Made by a program: the position numbers and the translations under genes
In this document: one piece after another, positions 33,372 through 42,683 of the stretch
Layout of the letters: the number at the start of each line of letters is the position of its first letter
How positions within the stretch are numbered: position 1 is the stretch's first letter
The notes under the pieces: model-generated
Seen by the model: only the letters and a program-made list of their open reading frames with translations
The model's database searches: none
Told to the model about the DNA's origin: nothing
NCBI GenBank assembly: GCA_965205265.1
Contig: CBDBGH010000003.1
Location: 4,384,001-4,448,000, forward strand
Length of the DNA: 64,000 nt
Direction: 5' to 3'
Source of the DNA: Alphaproteobacteria bacterium
Lineage (GTDB): Bacteria > Pseudomonadota > Alphaproteobacteria > Bin95

Positions 33372-33637
33372 GCGGGCTTCACGATCCTGCCGCCGGCCTC
33401 CTCGATGCGCTGCCGGACCGCCTCGAGGTCGTCGGCGTGAAGCACCACCAGCGGACCGCCCGGCGCGGGGCCGCCTTCCAGTGCGTTGAAGCCGCCCTTC
33501 ATGCGCCCGTCGGCGAACTCTGTGTAGCCGGGGCCGAAATCGGTGAAGGTCCAGCCGAAGGCGCGGCCGTAGAACGCCTTCGCCCGGGCGGTGTCGGTCA
33601 CGGCGAGTTCGATATAGTCGATGCGGACTGCCGCCAT
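33293..33637 (-). CDS. VOC/glyoxalase family protein
   Basis: IDYIEL, FYGRAFGW and FPGGRRFHFADPDGNELAVW motifs. Confidence 0.9.
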   Translation of the reverse strand: MAAVRIDYIELAVTDTARAKAFYGRAFGWTFTDFGPGYTEFADGRMKGGFNALEGGPAPGGPLVVLHADDLEAVRQRIEEAGGRIVKPAYDFPGGRRFHFADPDGNELAVWTED

Positions 33638-33641
33638 TCCC

Positions 33642-34991
33642 TCACGCCTCGCGGCGGTCGCCCTCCGGGCGCACCCAGGCCATCAGCACGAGGCCGATGG
33701 CGAGCAGGGCGAGGATCGGCACCACGCCCACGCGCTGGCTGCCGGAGAGGCCCGTCGCCAGCGCCACCAGGAAGGGCGCGATAAAGGAGGTGGCCTTGCC
33801 GGTGAGCGCATAGAGGCCGAAGGCCTCCGCCATGCGCTCCCGGTCCGCCTGGTGGACCAGCATCGTGCGGGACGCCGCCTGCAGCGAGCCCGCCGTCGCG
33901 CCGATGACGGCGCCGCAGACATAGAAGGCGATCATCGGCAGGGAGGAGGGCGCCTCGGCCGTGCCCACGGTGAGGAACAGCACTTCGTGCGGCGCAATGG
34001 TCATGATGGCGGCTGTGGCCACCGTGAGCGCAACGATATTGAACAGGATCACGGGCTTGGGCCCGCGCCGGACGTCCTGAAGCCCGCCGGCCCAGGCCCC
34101 GAAAGCGCCGAAGACGAGGATGACGAGGCCGAACACGCCGATCTCGAACAGCCCCCATCCGAGCACGCCGGAGGCGTAGATGCCGCCGAAGGTCCCGATT
34201 CCCAGTATCGCGTCGCGGTAGAACATGGAGGCGAGCAGATAGGCGAGCAGGCTCGGCCGGGAGGGCAGGCCGGCGAGCGTCTGCTTCAGGTTTTGCAGCC
34301 CTTCCCTGACGACGCGGGCGGTCGCGCCCGCACGCCGCTTCACGTCCGGCGACCAGAGGAAGAAGGGCACCATAAAGACCACATACCAGAGGGCCGAGAA
34401 CGGCCCGGTCGCGCGGGCGCCCTCGCCCTGGGCCGCGTCGAGGCCGAAGACCGGGGCGATGCCGAGCATCGTCCTGTCCGAGCCGGGAGCCGGCGTCATC
34501 AGGCCGAGCACGATGACGAGCGCCAAGAGGCCGCCCCAGTAGCCGAACGCCCAGCCGGAACCCGATATGCGCCCGAGTTCCTCATGCGGGCCGACTTCCG
34601 GCAGGAGCGAGTTGACGAAGACGGTGGCGATCTCCGCCCCGATCAGCGCCACCGCCAGCAGCACGAGGACCGACAGCGGGTCGTCCATCCCCGGTGTGGC
34701 GAGCCAGAGGCCGGTAACGCCGACCAGGTAAATCAGCGAGAACGCCAGTATCCACGGCTTCCTCGGTCCCTGCGCGTCCGCGACCGAACCCAGCACGGGA
34801 GCCGAGAGCGCCATCAGCACCGATCCCGCCGCAATCGCGTAGCCCCATATCTCCTGGCCGACGACCACGTTCTCGGCCACCCGGGAGGCGAAATAGGGGC
34901 CGAACACGAATGTCGTGATGACCGTGTGGAACGGCTGGTTCGCCCAATCGAAGGACATCCAGCCCCAAAGACCCTTGCCTCCGGCTTTCAT
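33642..34991 (-). CDS. MFS transporter (UMF1/Atg22-like)
   Basis: WMSFDWAN, GRISGSGWAFGY and FGLYALTGK motifs. Confidence 0.88.
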   Translation of the reverse strand: MKAGGKGLWGWMSFDWANQPFHTVITTFVFGPYFASRVAENVVVGQEIWGYAIAAGSVLMALSAPVLGSVADAQGPRKPWILAFSLIYLVGVTGLWLATPGMDDPLSVLVLLAVALIGAEIATVFVNSLLPEVGPHEELGRISGSGWAFGYWGGLLALVIVLGLMTPAPGSDRTMLGIAPVFGLDAAQGEGARATGPFSALWYVVFMVPFFLWSPDVKRRAGATARVVREGLQNLKQTLAGLPSRPSLLAYLLASMFYRDAILGIGTFGGIYASGVLGWGLFEIGVFGLVILVFGAFGAWAGGLQDVRRGPKPVILFNIVALTVATAAIMTIAPHEVLFLTVGTAEAPSSLPMIAFYVCGAVIGATAGSLQAASRTMLVHQADRERMAEAFGLYALTGKATSFIAPFLVALATGLSGSQRVGVVPILALLAIGLVLMAWVRPEGDRREA

Positions 34992-35076
34992 CGGCGCCTC
35001 CCCGGTTGCGGCCGGGCTTCCGGCCGTCCGGCATTGTAAAACACTGCCGCCAGCGGGTCACATGCGTTCGGGCCCG

Positions 35077-35712
35077 CTATCGGCTTTGCTGCGGCTCGAA
35101 GTCCTTGAGGGCCAGAAGCGCAGCGGCGGCGACCATCAATGTCCCGCACACGCGGTTGAGCAGACGGAATCCATGCGCCCGGATCCGGGTCGCGACCCTT
35201 GCGGACAGCCATCCCCAAGCCAGCAGGATCACGCCATCCGCGATCAGATAGGTACCGCCGAGAACCGAAAGCTGGGGAAGCACGGGAGCGGCGGGATCGA
35301 TGAACTGCGGGAAAAGAGCTGCGAAGAACATCACCGCAAACGGGTTGGCGCTCGACGTTACGAAACCCTGCCTGAACAGCCGCGACGCCGAACCGGCCAC
35401 GTTTGCCGCGGTATTTCCGCTCCGCGATTTCGAGATGAGAAGGCGCAGGCCGATCCAGGCCAGGTAGGCGACGCCCAGCCATTTGACGAGGCGGAACATC
35501 TCGGACGATGCGGCGATCGCAGCCGCGATGCCGAACGCGGCGGCGGTCATCTGGAGCATGTTCGCCGAGAGATCGCCTGCGATGGTCCAGCCCGTTCTCC
35601 GCAATCCGTAGCGGGCGCTGTTGGCGATGACGAGCAGCTGGCTCGTGTCCGGCGGAGTCGCAAAGAACACTGCAAGCGCCGCCAGGTAGAGCAGGTAGGT
35701 CTCCACGGTCAC
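35077..35712 (-). CDS. LysE/RhtB family exporter
   Basis: TPPD, KWLGVAYL and GFVTSSANP motifs. Confidence 0.88.
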   Translation of the reverse strand: MTVETYLLYLAALAVFFATPPDTSQLLVIANSARYGLRRTGWTIAGDLSANMLQMTAAAFGIAAAIAASSEMFRLVKWLGVAYLAWIGLRLLISKSRSGNTAANVAGSASRLFRQGFVTSSANPFAVMFFAALFPQFIDPAAPVLPQLSVLGGTYLIADGVILLAWGWLSARVATRIRAHGFRLLNRVCGTLMVAAAALLALKDFEPQQSR

Positions 35713-35739
35713 GGGCTGCCGCTCATAGCCTGCGAACCG

Positions 35740-36633
35740 TCAATCCTTGCGCGGCCTGGCGCTGTAGTCGCCGAAGGGGGCGTCGCGGGCGGCGGCGGTG
35801 CGGCGCATGCCCTGCTCGGCAAGGCTTTCGGCCCAGCGATAGGCTTCCTCTGTATGCCGCGTCATGCCGTCGAACAGCGTGCCGAGCAGTTGCGTCGTGC
35901 GCAGCCCCATATTCTCGAAGGCCTGGTTGATGAGCAGCTTGTTGAGGGCCAGCTGGTTGGCCGGAATGTGCTCGAAGCGCCTCGCGTGGGCCAAGGCGCG
36001 CTCGTCCAGCTCTTCCGGCGGGCAGACATGCGAGACGAGGCCGATGCGGTGCGCCGTTTCCGCGTCGATGGCGTCGCCGCTCAGCAGGAACTGCTTGGCG
36101 TGTTCGAGCCCGAGGCGATAGACCCAGAGCATCGTCGTGGGCGTGCCGTAGATCCGGGACGGCGCGTAGCCGATATAAGCGTCCTCGGCCATGAACAGCA
36201 GGTCGCAGCAGAGCACGAGGTCCGTGGCGCCCCCGACCGCCCAGCCATGTATCGCGCCCAGCACCGGCTTCGGGCAGTCCCATATCTTCATGAACCGCTC
36301 GACATTGCGCCCCATGCTGCGGTAGTCGCGCACCGGGTCCCAGGCGCCGGGGCGCGGCTCCGGGCGCGGCGCGTTGTAAGGCTGGGACCAGCCGGCCTCC
36401 AGCGAGGCGCCGGTCGCCTCCAGGTCGTAGCCGGCGGTGAACGCCCGCCCCTCGCCGCGCAGCACGACCGCGCGCACGGCGGCCGAGGCGGAGGCGCGGT
36501 CGATGGCGCCGGCCACGCCCTCGACCATCTCCTCGGTCAGCGTGTTCAGCCGTTCGGGGCGGTTGAGCGAGACGACGGCGACGGGGCCCCGCTCCTCATA
36601 GAGGACGACCGGGTCCGCCACGGGCGCTGTCAC
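35740..36633 (-). CDS. Crotonase/enoyl-CoA hydratase family protein
   Basis: LNRPERLN, AFTAGYDL and KPVLGAIHGWAVGG; GTG start overlaps the glutaredoxin stop. Confidence 0.9.
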   Translation of the reverse strand: MTAPVADPVVLYEERGPVAVVSLNRPERLNTLTEEMVEGVAGAIDRASASAAVRAVVLRGEGRAFTAGYDLEATGASLEAGWSQPYNAPRPEPRPGAWDPVRDYRSMGRNVERFMKIWDCPKPVLGAIHGWAVGGATDLVLCCDLLFMAEDAYIGYAPSRIYGTPTTMLWVYRLGLEHAKQFLLSGDAIDAETAHRIGLVSHVCPPEELDERALAHARRFEHIPANQLALNKLLINQAFENMGLRTTQLLGTLFDGMTRHTEEAYRWAESLAEQGMRRTAAARDAPFGDYSARPRKD

Positions 36634-36887
36634 TCCAGGCCCAGCAGCCGGTCGAGGGCCTCGCGGGTGAGCGCGTCGCCGGCGAGGAACGTCCCGTCCA
36701 CCTCTATGGCGGGCGTGCCCCTTATGCGGGCGGCGTCGAGGCGGTCCTGCGCGTCCTCGTCCATCATCAGGTCCCGCCGGGCAAACGCGACGCCGCGCGA
36801 CTCCAGATAGCGCTTCACCTGCTCGCAGGGCGCGCAGAGCGGCGTGGTGTAGAGCGTGACCTCCGGCGCCGCCGTCATGGCGCTCAC
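36630..36887 (-). CDS. Glutaredoxin/NrdH-like redoxin
   Basis: LYTTPLCAPC (CxxC) and GTP cis-Pro loop; start GTG 36887 or ATG 36878. Confidence 0.85.
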   Translation of the reverse strand: MSAMTAAPEVTLYTTPLCAPCEQVKRYLESRGVAFARRDLMMDEDAQDRLDAARIRGTPAIEVDGTFLAGDALTREALDRLLGLE

Positions 36888-37768
36888 ACCCTGCCCGCCG
36901 CGCGAAGCTGCCGGTATTCCTCCTTGCGCGCCATCCACTGGGCGTGCGTGGCCTCGTCCTGCCAGGGCTGCTCAGCGGTGAAGACGAGACGCTTCCAATC
37001 CTCGCCGGCGCTCCAGCGGAAGCCGGCCTCGCGCGTGGTGCGCGGCCCCTCGGCGGTTTCCAGCAGGTCGAGCGCCATCTGGAAGATTTGGCGCTGCTGG
37101 GCGGTGTCCCAGGGCTCGCCGCAGGGGCTGCCGAGCGGGAAGTCGGTGAAGACATAGCGGGCGACGCCGCAATGCTCGACAATGTCGCGCGCCGCCCCGA
37201 TCACCACGGTCGGGATGCCCGCCGCCTCGATATGCCTGCTGATCAGACTCACGGTCTGATGGCAGACGGGTCAGACAGGCACCATGAGGAGCGCGTCGAT
37301 GCCGTCCTCGCGGCACCAGGCCAGCGCCTTGGGCGCCTCCTCGGTCATCACCTTGCGCTTGCTGTAGTTGTTGTAGCAGCCGTAGAGCCGGTCCGGCATG
37401 CCCGCGACCCGCCCGTCCGCCACCGCCTCGCGCAGCCGGTCCACCGGGTAGTAGGCGTTCACGTCGTCCAGATGGGTGGCGAAGCGGTCGAAGGACGCGG
37501 TGCGGCTGTAGAGCTTCTCCGTCGGCGTGTCGGCGGAGAAGGAATAGACGCCGCGGAAGTCCTCCTCGACGACGGGGTTCTCCTCCGTCTCCGGGTCGTA
37601 GCGCACCGCGATCTCGCTGGTGCCGATCAGCCCGACGCGGCACTCGACAAGCGGCTTCGCGAGGCGCGCGAACGGCGCCTCCTCGAAATGCGCCCACTCA
37701 TAGGGCTTCTCATAGCCCTGCCGGATATAGTCCTCGCGCGTGCGGTCGATATAGCGCACCGGTTCCAT
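36884..37768 (-). CDS. GrdB/PrdB-like (glycine/betaine/proline reductase selenoprotein B family) selenoprotein, 294 aa, Sec166
   Basis: The two listed ORFs (37271-37828 and 36884-37252) share one frame, separated only by TGA at 37271-37273. Read-through gives DALLMVPV-U-PVCHQTVSLISRHIEAAGIPTV (UxxC). Confidence 0.88.
37237..37264 (-). promoter_or_regulatory. Putative bacterial SECIS element
   Basis: AUCAGAC-CGUGA-GUCUGAU perfect 7-bp stem starting 10 nt after the UGA, with G in the apical loop. Confidence 0.75.
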
Positions 37769-38425
37769 GCATCCCTCCTTCCGGCCTCGTCCCGCCCGAT
37801 TAGACGCCCCGCGCCGCCCGACGGTCAAGACGGAACGGTCCGGATTGCGTTGACCGGCCGCGACATCCCCGGCGCGTCATGTTTCGTCATGCGGCGCCAT
37901 GAGCCTTCCTGGCGATGTGTCATGAAATGTCATGATCCGCATACCGAGGGTTTATATGCCGTAGCCGAATTGGGCATGAAGCCGTCCATTCGGGCAGGGG
38001 TTCCGGGTATTCCATCCGTGTTCCCGGACCTGGTGTTTTCGGCATGTGCCCTTCCTTTCGTTCCGTCTTCGCTCGTTCTGCCCGCCGCCGCGCCGAACGC
38101 GGCGAACACTGCGGATGGCGGCGTTGGCGCCGCCTTGGGCTCGCCGCGTAGCGGGACCCTGTTTCGCGCGTAATCCCGCGCGCGCCTGCGCCCGTGGGCG
38201 CGTGTTACGCGGCGGCGCGGTTCGTGCGCCTGATTGCGCGCGCGAGGCGGCGGACGCACCTTTCCCGTCGACTTCTCGGGTATTTTTTCGCGCCGGTGCG
38301 AAACGGCTCCCAGGACGCCGTTTCATTTCCTGCAAGGTACTGTAGCACAAGATCTGCGAAAATCAATTCATATCCAAGAATTATTACAAATAATTCATGA
38401 ACAATATGCTGGTGACAAATCTACG

Positions 38426-40009
38426 CTACGGCGCGGGGAGCAGCACGCCGGGGTTCATGATGCCGGCGGGGTCGAGCGCGGCCTTGGCGCCCTTGAGCGC
38501 GGCGGCGAAGATGTCGGAGCGCTGGCGGGTGTACCAGGGCATGTGGTCCCGCCCGACGGCGTGGTGGTGGGTGATGGTGCCGCCGGCGTCGATGATCGCG
38601 TCCGAAACCGCGTTCTTGACCGTGTCGTATTGGGCCGAAAGCCGGCCCTGCTCGCCGAGGCCGATAAAGGTGAAATAGGGCGCCGGCCCGTCGGGATAGA
38701 CATGGGTGAAACGGCAGGCGACGATTCCCGGACGCCCCGTCGCCTCCTGGAGCGCGCGCGCCGCCGCGCCCCCCACCTCGCGGTGGAAGTCCTCGAACCG
38801 GTCCCAGGTGATCGCAGTCTCGAAGGTCTCGCGGATGATGGCGCGCGCGGTCAGCATCTCGCGCATGTGCCCGCCCTTGATGAAGGCGTCGCGCCAGCGC
38901 GCGGCCGCGTTCCCGCCGCCGCCTCTCTCTTCCGGCAACCGGCCGCCATGGTCCCGGCAGCATTCGAGCGCGCGCGCCATCCAGGCGTCGAGCGCATGGT
39001 CGGCGCTCTCGAAACCCAGCACCAGCACCGCGGCCGAGCCGTCTCCGGCGCCCGACCAGCGCACCTCGTTATGATCCAGCAGGCGCAGATTGGCGGGATA
39101 GAGCCCGGCCTGGGAGATGGCGCGCACGGCCTCCGCCCCGTCCATGAAACGCGCGAACTCGACCGAGTGGCCGGCGCGGAAGCCCGGGCGGTCCTGCAGG
39201 CGCATCCAGGCCTCGGTGACGATGCCGAGTGCGCCCTCGGAGCCGAGGAAGAGCCGGTCGGGGCTCGGGCCCGCGCCGGAGCCGGGCAGGCGGAAGCTGT
39301 CGTGAACGCCCGCCGGCGTCACGGCGCGCACGCTCTCCGTCATGTCGTCGATATGGGTGAGCCCGGTGGCGTAGTGGCCGGCGCCGCGGGTCGCGATCCA
39401 GCCGCCCAGCGTCGAATATTCGAAGCTCTGCGGGTAGTAGCGGAGCGTCAGGCCGTGAGGCCGGAGCTGTTCTTCGAGGTGGGGACCGTACACGCCCGCC
39501 TGTATGCGCGCGGCGCGCGAGGTGCGGTCGATTTCCAGCACCTTGTCCATGGCGCCCATGTCGATGGAGACCGCGCCCTTGAAGCCGCCGCCGACTTGCG
39601 GATGCACCCCGCCCACCACGGAGGAGCCGCCGCCGAAGGGAATGGCCGCCGCGCCCGCCTCCGCGCACCAGTCGAGCAGCGCCGCAACCTCGCCCTCGTC
39701 GCGCGGGCGGGCCACCAGGTCCGGCGCGCCGGCGAAGTCGCGGTCCATGATGCGGACCTGCTCGTGGAACGAACGCCCGAAGGTGTGCACCAGGCGCTCC
39801 CACTTGTCGTCCGTGGTGACGGGCGCAAGCGAGGAAGGCGGCGCCAGGCGCGGCGGGGCGATCTCGATCTCGTCCACGGTCGGGAACGGCCGGGCCTCGA
39901 AGCCGTCAACCCCGAACACCGCGGCATAGTCCGCCTCGAAGGGCTTCATCTCCTCGTCGGTAAAGCCCTCGCCGACCTTGCCCCAACCCCAGAATTTCCG
40001 CCGCGCCAT
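38426..40009 (-). CDS. FAD-linked oxidase (alkylglycerone-phosphate synthase/VAO-PCMH family)
   Basis: PFGGGSSVVGG, PQSFEYSTLGGW, GSEGALG, THHHAVG and MNPG motifs. Confidence 0.9.
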   Translation of the reverse strand: MARRKFWGWGKVGEGFTDEEMKPFEADYAAVFGVDGFEARPFPTVDEIEIAPPRLAPPSSLAPVTTDDKWERLVHTFGRSFHEQVRIMDRDFAGAPDLVARPRDEGEVAALLDWCAEAGAAAIPFGGGSSVVGGVHPQVGGGFKGAVSIDMGAMDKVLEIDRTSRAARIQAGVYGPHLEEQLRPHGLTLRYYPQSFEYSTLGGWIATRGAGHYATGLTHIDDMTESVRAVTPAGVHDSFRLPGSGAGPSPDRLFLGSEGALGIVTEAWMRLQDRPGFRAGHSVEFARFMDGAEAVRAISQAGLYPANLRLLDHNEVRWSGAGDGSAAVLVLGFESADHALDAWMARALECCRDHGGRLPEERGGGGNAAARWRDAFIKGGHMREMLTARAIIRETFETAITWDRFEDFHREVGGAAARALQEATGRPGIVACRFTHVYPDGPAPYFTFIGLGEQGRLSAQYDTVKNAVSDAIIDAGGTITHHHAVGRDHMPWYTRQRSDIFAAALKGAKAALDPAGIMNPGVLLPAP

Positions 40010-40094
40010 CGCCCCGTCTCCCTGTCGCAGGCGGGAATTCTGGCATGCCGGCCGCCGGGGCGGAAGGGGCAACGGCGTATTGCAGTTGTATTCG

Positions 40095-40108
40095 ATATTG
40101 GTCAATAT
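40095..40108. promoter_or_regulatory. Putative parDE operator
   Basis: Palindrome ATATTG-GT-CAATAT in an AT-rich promoter region 30 bp upstream of the antitoxin. Confidence 0.5.
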
Positions 40109-40138
40109 GAGGACAATCATAAGCAGGAGGGCCAGTCC

Positions 40139-40405
40139 ATGGGGCGCGCAATGACGATGACAGTTCGCCTGAGCGGCCCGCTCAGTGATTTCGTTGCGGC
40201 CAATGTCGGCGAGACCGGCGACTATGAGAGCGTCAGCGAGTATGTCCGCGACCTGATACGGCGGGACAAGGCCCGCTCGGAGCAGGAGGCCTTCGACCGC
40301 CTCAAGGCGGAGCTGGAACGCGCCTTCGCGGCACCGGACGATACCTATCGTGAATTGTCCGCCGGCGACATAATTTCGCGAAGCGGGGCGCGGCCCGGCG
40401 CATGA
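40139..40405 (+). CDS. ParD-like RHH antitoxin
   Basis: GDYESVSEYVRDLIRRD; AGGAGG RBS. Confidence 0.88.
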   Translation: MGRAMTMTVRLSGPLSDFVAANVGETGDYESVSEYVRDLIRRDKARSEQEAFDRLKAELERAFAAPDDTYRELSAGDIISRSGARPGA

Positions 40406-40716
40406 CAAGGGTACGCGTCCAGAGGGCCGCCGCACTCCGTATCGAGGAAATCTACCGCTACAGCCGCGAGCGCTGGGGCGAAGCCCAGGCGGAATCCTAT
40501 GTCACGGGCCTGTTCGAAGCCTTCGATGACATCGCAACCGGCGCGGTCGCGTCGCGCCCGGTTCCGGCGGAGTTCGGAGTGGAGGGCTATGTCTTCCGCT
40601 ACCGGAGGCATTTCATCTACTGGAAGACCCTGAGCGACGGAGCGATCGGCATCGTCACCGTACTTCACGAACGCATGCACCGGGTCGAACGCTTCCAGGA
40701 AGACCGCGAGCCGTAA
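40402..40716 (+). CDS. ParE/RelE family toxin
   Basis: YSRERWGEAQA..Y, HFIYW and VLHERM; ATGA overlap with the antitoxin. Confidence 0.88.
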   Translation: MTRVRVQRAAALRIEEIYRYSRERWGEAQAESYVTGLFEAFDDIATGAVASRPVPAEFGVEGYVFRYRRHFIYWKTLSDGAIGIVTVLHERMHRVERFQEDREP

Positions 40717-40731
40717 GCCGGCCGCCACCCG

Positions 40732-42225
40732 TCAGCGCCTTATGCGCATCAGCAGCACCAGCGGCAGCGCGGCGAGGGCGACGGCTGTGTAGGCGGTGAA
40801 GGCGTTGAGATAGCCGATCATCGCGGCCTGCTGGCCGATCTCGCCGCTGAGTGCGGCAAGGCCCGAGGCCGTGCCCGTGTCGATGACCGCGAGCGCCTCG
40901 TTGTAGGGGGTGATGAATTCCGTGAGCCGCCCGTAGTTCACGCCGCCCGTGCGCAGCAGCACCGTCACGCTCACCGAGATGAAGAAGCTGGAGCCCAGAT
41001 TGCGCATCAGGTGATAGACGGAGGAGGTCTCCGGCAGGTAGCGCGGATCGAGGGTCGAGAAGGTCGCGACCGTGAGCGGCACCCAGGTGACGCCGACGGC
41101 GACGCCCTGCATCCAGGAGACCAGCGCCACGTCCCACCAGGTGGCGTTGGCGTCGAACTGCATCATGATCCAGCCGGATGCCGCCATGATGGCGAAGCCC
41201 GCGCTCATGCCGATGCGCGGGTCGAGCCTGCCCACATACATGGCGAGGAAGAAGCCCAGGATCGCGCCCACGCCCCGCGCGGCCACCAGCTGGCCGACCA
41301 CCGCGTTCGGGAAGCCCGCCAGGTCCTGCAGCATGGGCGGCAGCATCACCATCGGGGTGAAGTTCAGCATGCCGTATATGCCGACAATGCAGAGCCCGAG
41401 CGCATAGTTGCGGTCGAGCAGCAGCTTGAGGTTCAGGAAAGGCCGCCGGGTGGTCAGGCTGTGGGCCAGGAAGATGTAGAGGCCGATGCCGGCAAGACAG
41501 GCTTCCAGCAGGATCTCGGTCGAGTCGAACCAGTCGCGGCGCTCGCCCCGGTCCATCATCAGCTGGAAGCAGACGACCGCGACGGAGAGCGCAAGGAACC
41601 CGGTCCAGTCGAGCCGCGCGCGACGGAGCCTGCCGCCGTCGGTGAGCACCAGCCACATCGCAAGCCAGCTTGCGCCCGCCACCGGCACGACCATGAAGAA
41701 CGCCCAGCGCCAATTGTAGACTTCCGTCAGGTAGCCGCCCACGACCGGGCCGATGACGGGTCCGACGACGACGCCCATGCCGAACGCCGCCATGGCGGTG
41801 CCGTGCTGCGCGCGGGGATAGGTGTCCTGGGTGATGGCCTGGGCGAGCGGGATGATCGGCGCCCCCGCTGCGCCCTGGACGACGCGGAAGAGCACGAGCG
41901 ACTCCAGCGATGTCGCGAAGCCGCAACCGAGCGTGGCCGCGCCGAAGACCGCCATGCCCCAGAGCATCACCGCGCGGCGTCCGAAACGGCCCGTCAGCCA
42001 TCCGGTCATCGGCGTCACGATGGCGGTCGCGACGATGTTGAAGGTCATCGCCCAGGCGATCTGGTCCTGCGTCGCGGAGAGCGAGCCCTGCATTTGCGGC
42101 AGCACCGTCGAGACGACGAGCACGGTGGTGCCGTAGAGCGTCGTGGAGAGCGTCACGGCGGCCAGGATCGACGCCCGCCTGAGCGCCGAGAGGTTCCTGC
42201 CGCCGAACGCCTCCTCCCCGTTCAC
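40732..42225 (-). CDS. DHA2 (EmrB/QacA) MFS efflux permease
   Basis: GWLTGRFGRR, FRVVQG, GPVIGPVVGG, LDWTG and DRGERRDWFDS motifs. Confidence 0.9.
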   Translation of the reverse strand: MNGEEAFGGRNLSALRRASILAAVTLSTTLYGTTVLVVSTVLPQMQGSLSATQDQIAWAMTFNIVATAIVTPMTGWLTGRFGRRAVMLWGMAVFGAATLGCGFATSLESLVLFRVVQGAAGAPIIPLAQAITQDTYPRAQHGTAMAAFGMGVVVGPVIGPVVGGYLTEVYNWRWAFFMVVPVAGASWLAMWLVLTDGGRLRRARLDWTGFLALSVAVVCFQLMMDRGERRDWFDSTEILLEACLAGIGLYIFLAHSLTTRRPFLNLKLLLDRNYALGLCIVGIYGMLNFTPMVMLPPMLQDLAGFPNAVVGQLVAARGVGAILGFFLAMYVGRLDPRIGMSAGFAIMAASGWIMMQFDANATWWDVALVSWMQGVAVGVTWVPLTVATFSTLDPRYLPETSSVYHLMRNLGSSFFISVSVTVLLRTGGVNYGRLTEFITPYNEALAVIDTGTASGLAALSGEIGQQAAMIGYLNAFTAYTAVALAALPLVLLMRIRR

Positions 42226-42683
42226 GGGGCGAGGACGCGCATGAGGAAACGCCGGGCCTCCGCACCTATGCCGGGCGCCTGGCTTTCGCGCGGGCCGGCG
42301 ATGTTGAGCCGGCGGACGCCGTGGCGCCGGAGCCAGGCCGCGGCGGCGGGCGCCTGCACGCGGCGCGAGAGGTCGGCGATGCGCAGCGGGCGGCCCGACC
42401 GCCGGGCGATGGCGGCCGTGAGGCGCGTGCCGCCGGTGAGCGGGCCCCGGCAAAGGATCAGGGTCGCGTCGCTGTCGCGGACATTCAGGCGTGTGCGCAC
42501 GCGGTAGGCGGCGCTCGCCGTCTCGGTGAGGGGATAGCGTTCGGGGACCGGGCCGTCCTCGGCGCGCCGCCCGCGCGGGCACCAGCCGCCGACGGCAAGG
42601 CCGAGCGCCAGCGCGGCGTCGAGTCCGGCCCGGTCCACGCCCGTCTGCCCGCCCGAAACGATCTCCTCCACCGGATGCGTCAT
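42222..42683 (-). CDS. Putative molybdenum carrier / YpsA-like SLOG protein
   Basis: IVSGGQTGVDRAGLD, GGWCPRGRRAEDG, NVRDSDAT and LNIAGPRES; this is the C-terminal end of the long 42222-45563 ORF. Confidence 0.85.
   Translation of the reverse strand: MTHPVEEIVSGGQTGVDRAGLDAALALGLAVGGWCPRGRRAEDGPVPERYPLTETASAAYRVRTRLNVRDSDATLILCRGPLTGGTRLTAAIARRSGRPLRIADLSRRVQAPAAAAWLRRHGVRRLNIAGPRESQAPGIGAEARRFLMRVLAP

Noticed and set aside
36884-37768. Pseudogene by nonsense mutation
   Set aside because: The TGA falls at the expected Sec position of a UxxC motif with a SECIS-like hairpin, so recoding is the better explanation.
38330-38425. Possible oriC or dif site in the AT-rich patch
   Set aside because: No TTATCCACA DnaA boxes and no convincing XerC/XerD arms seen.
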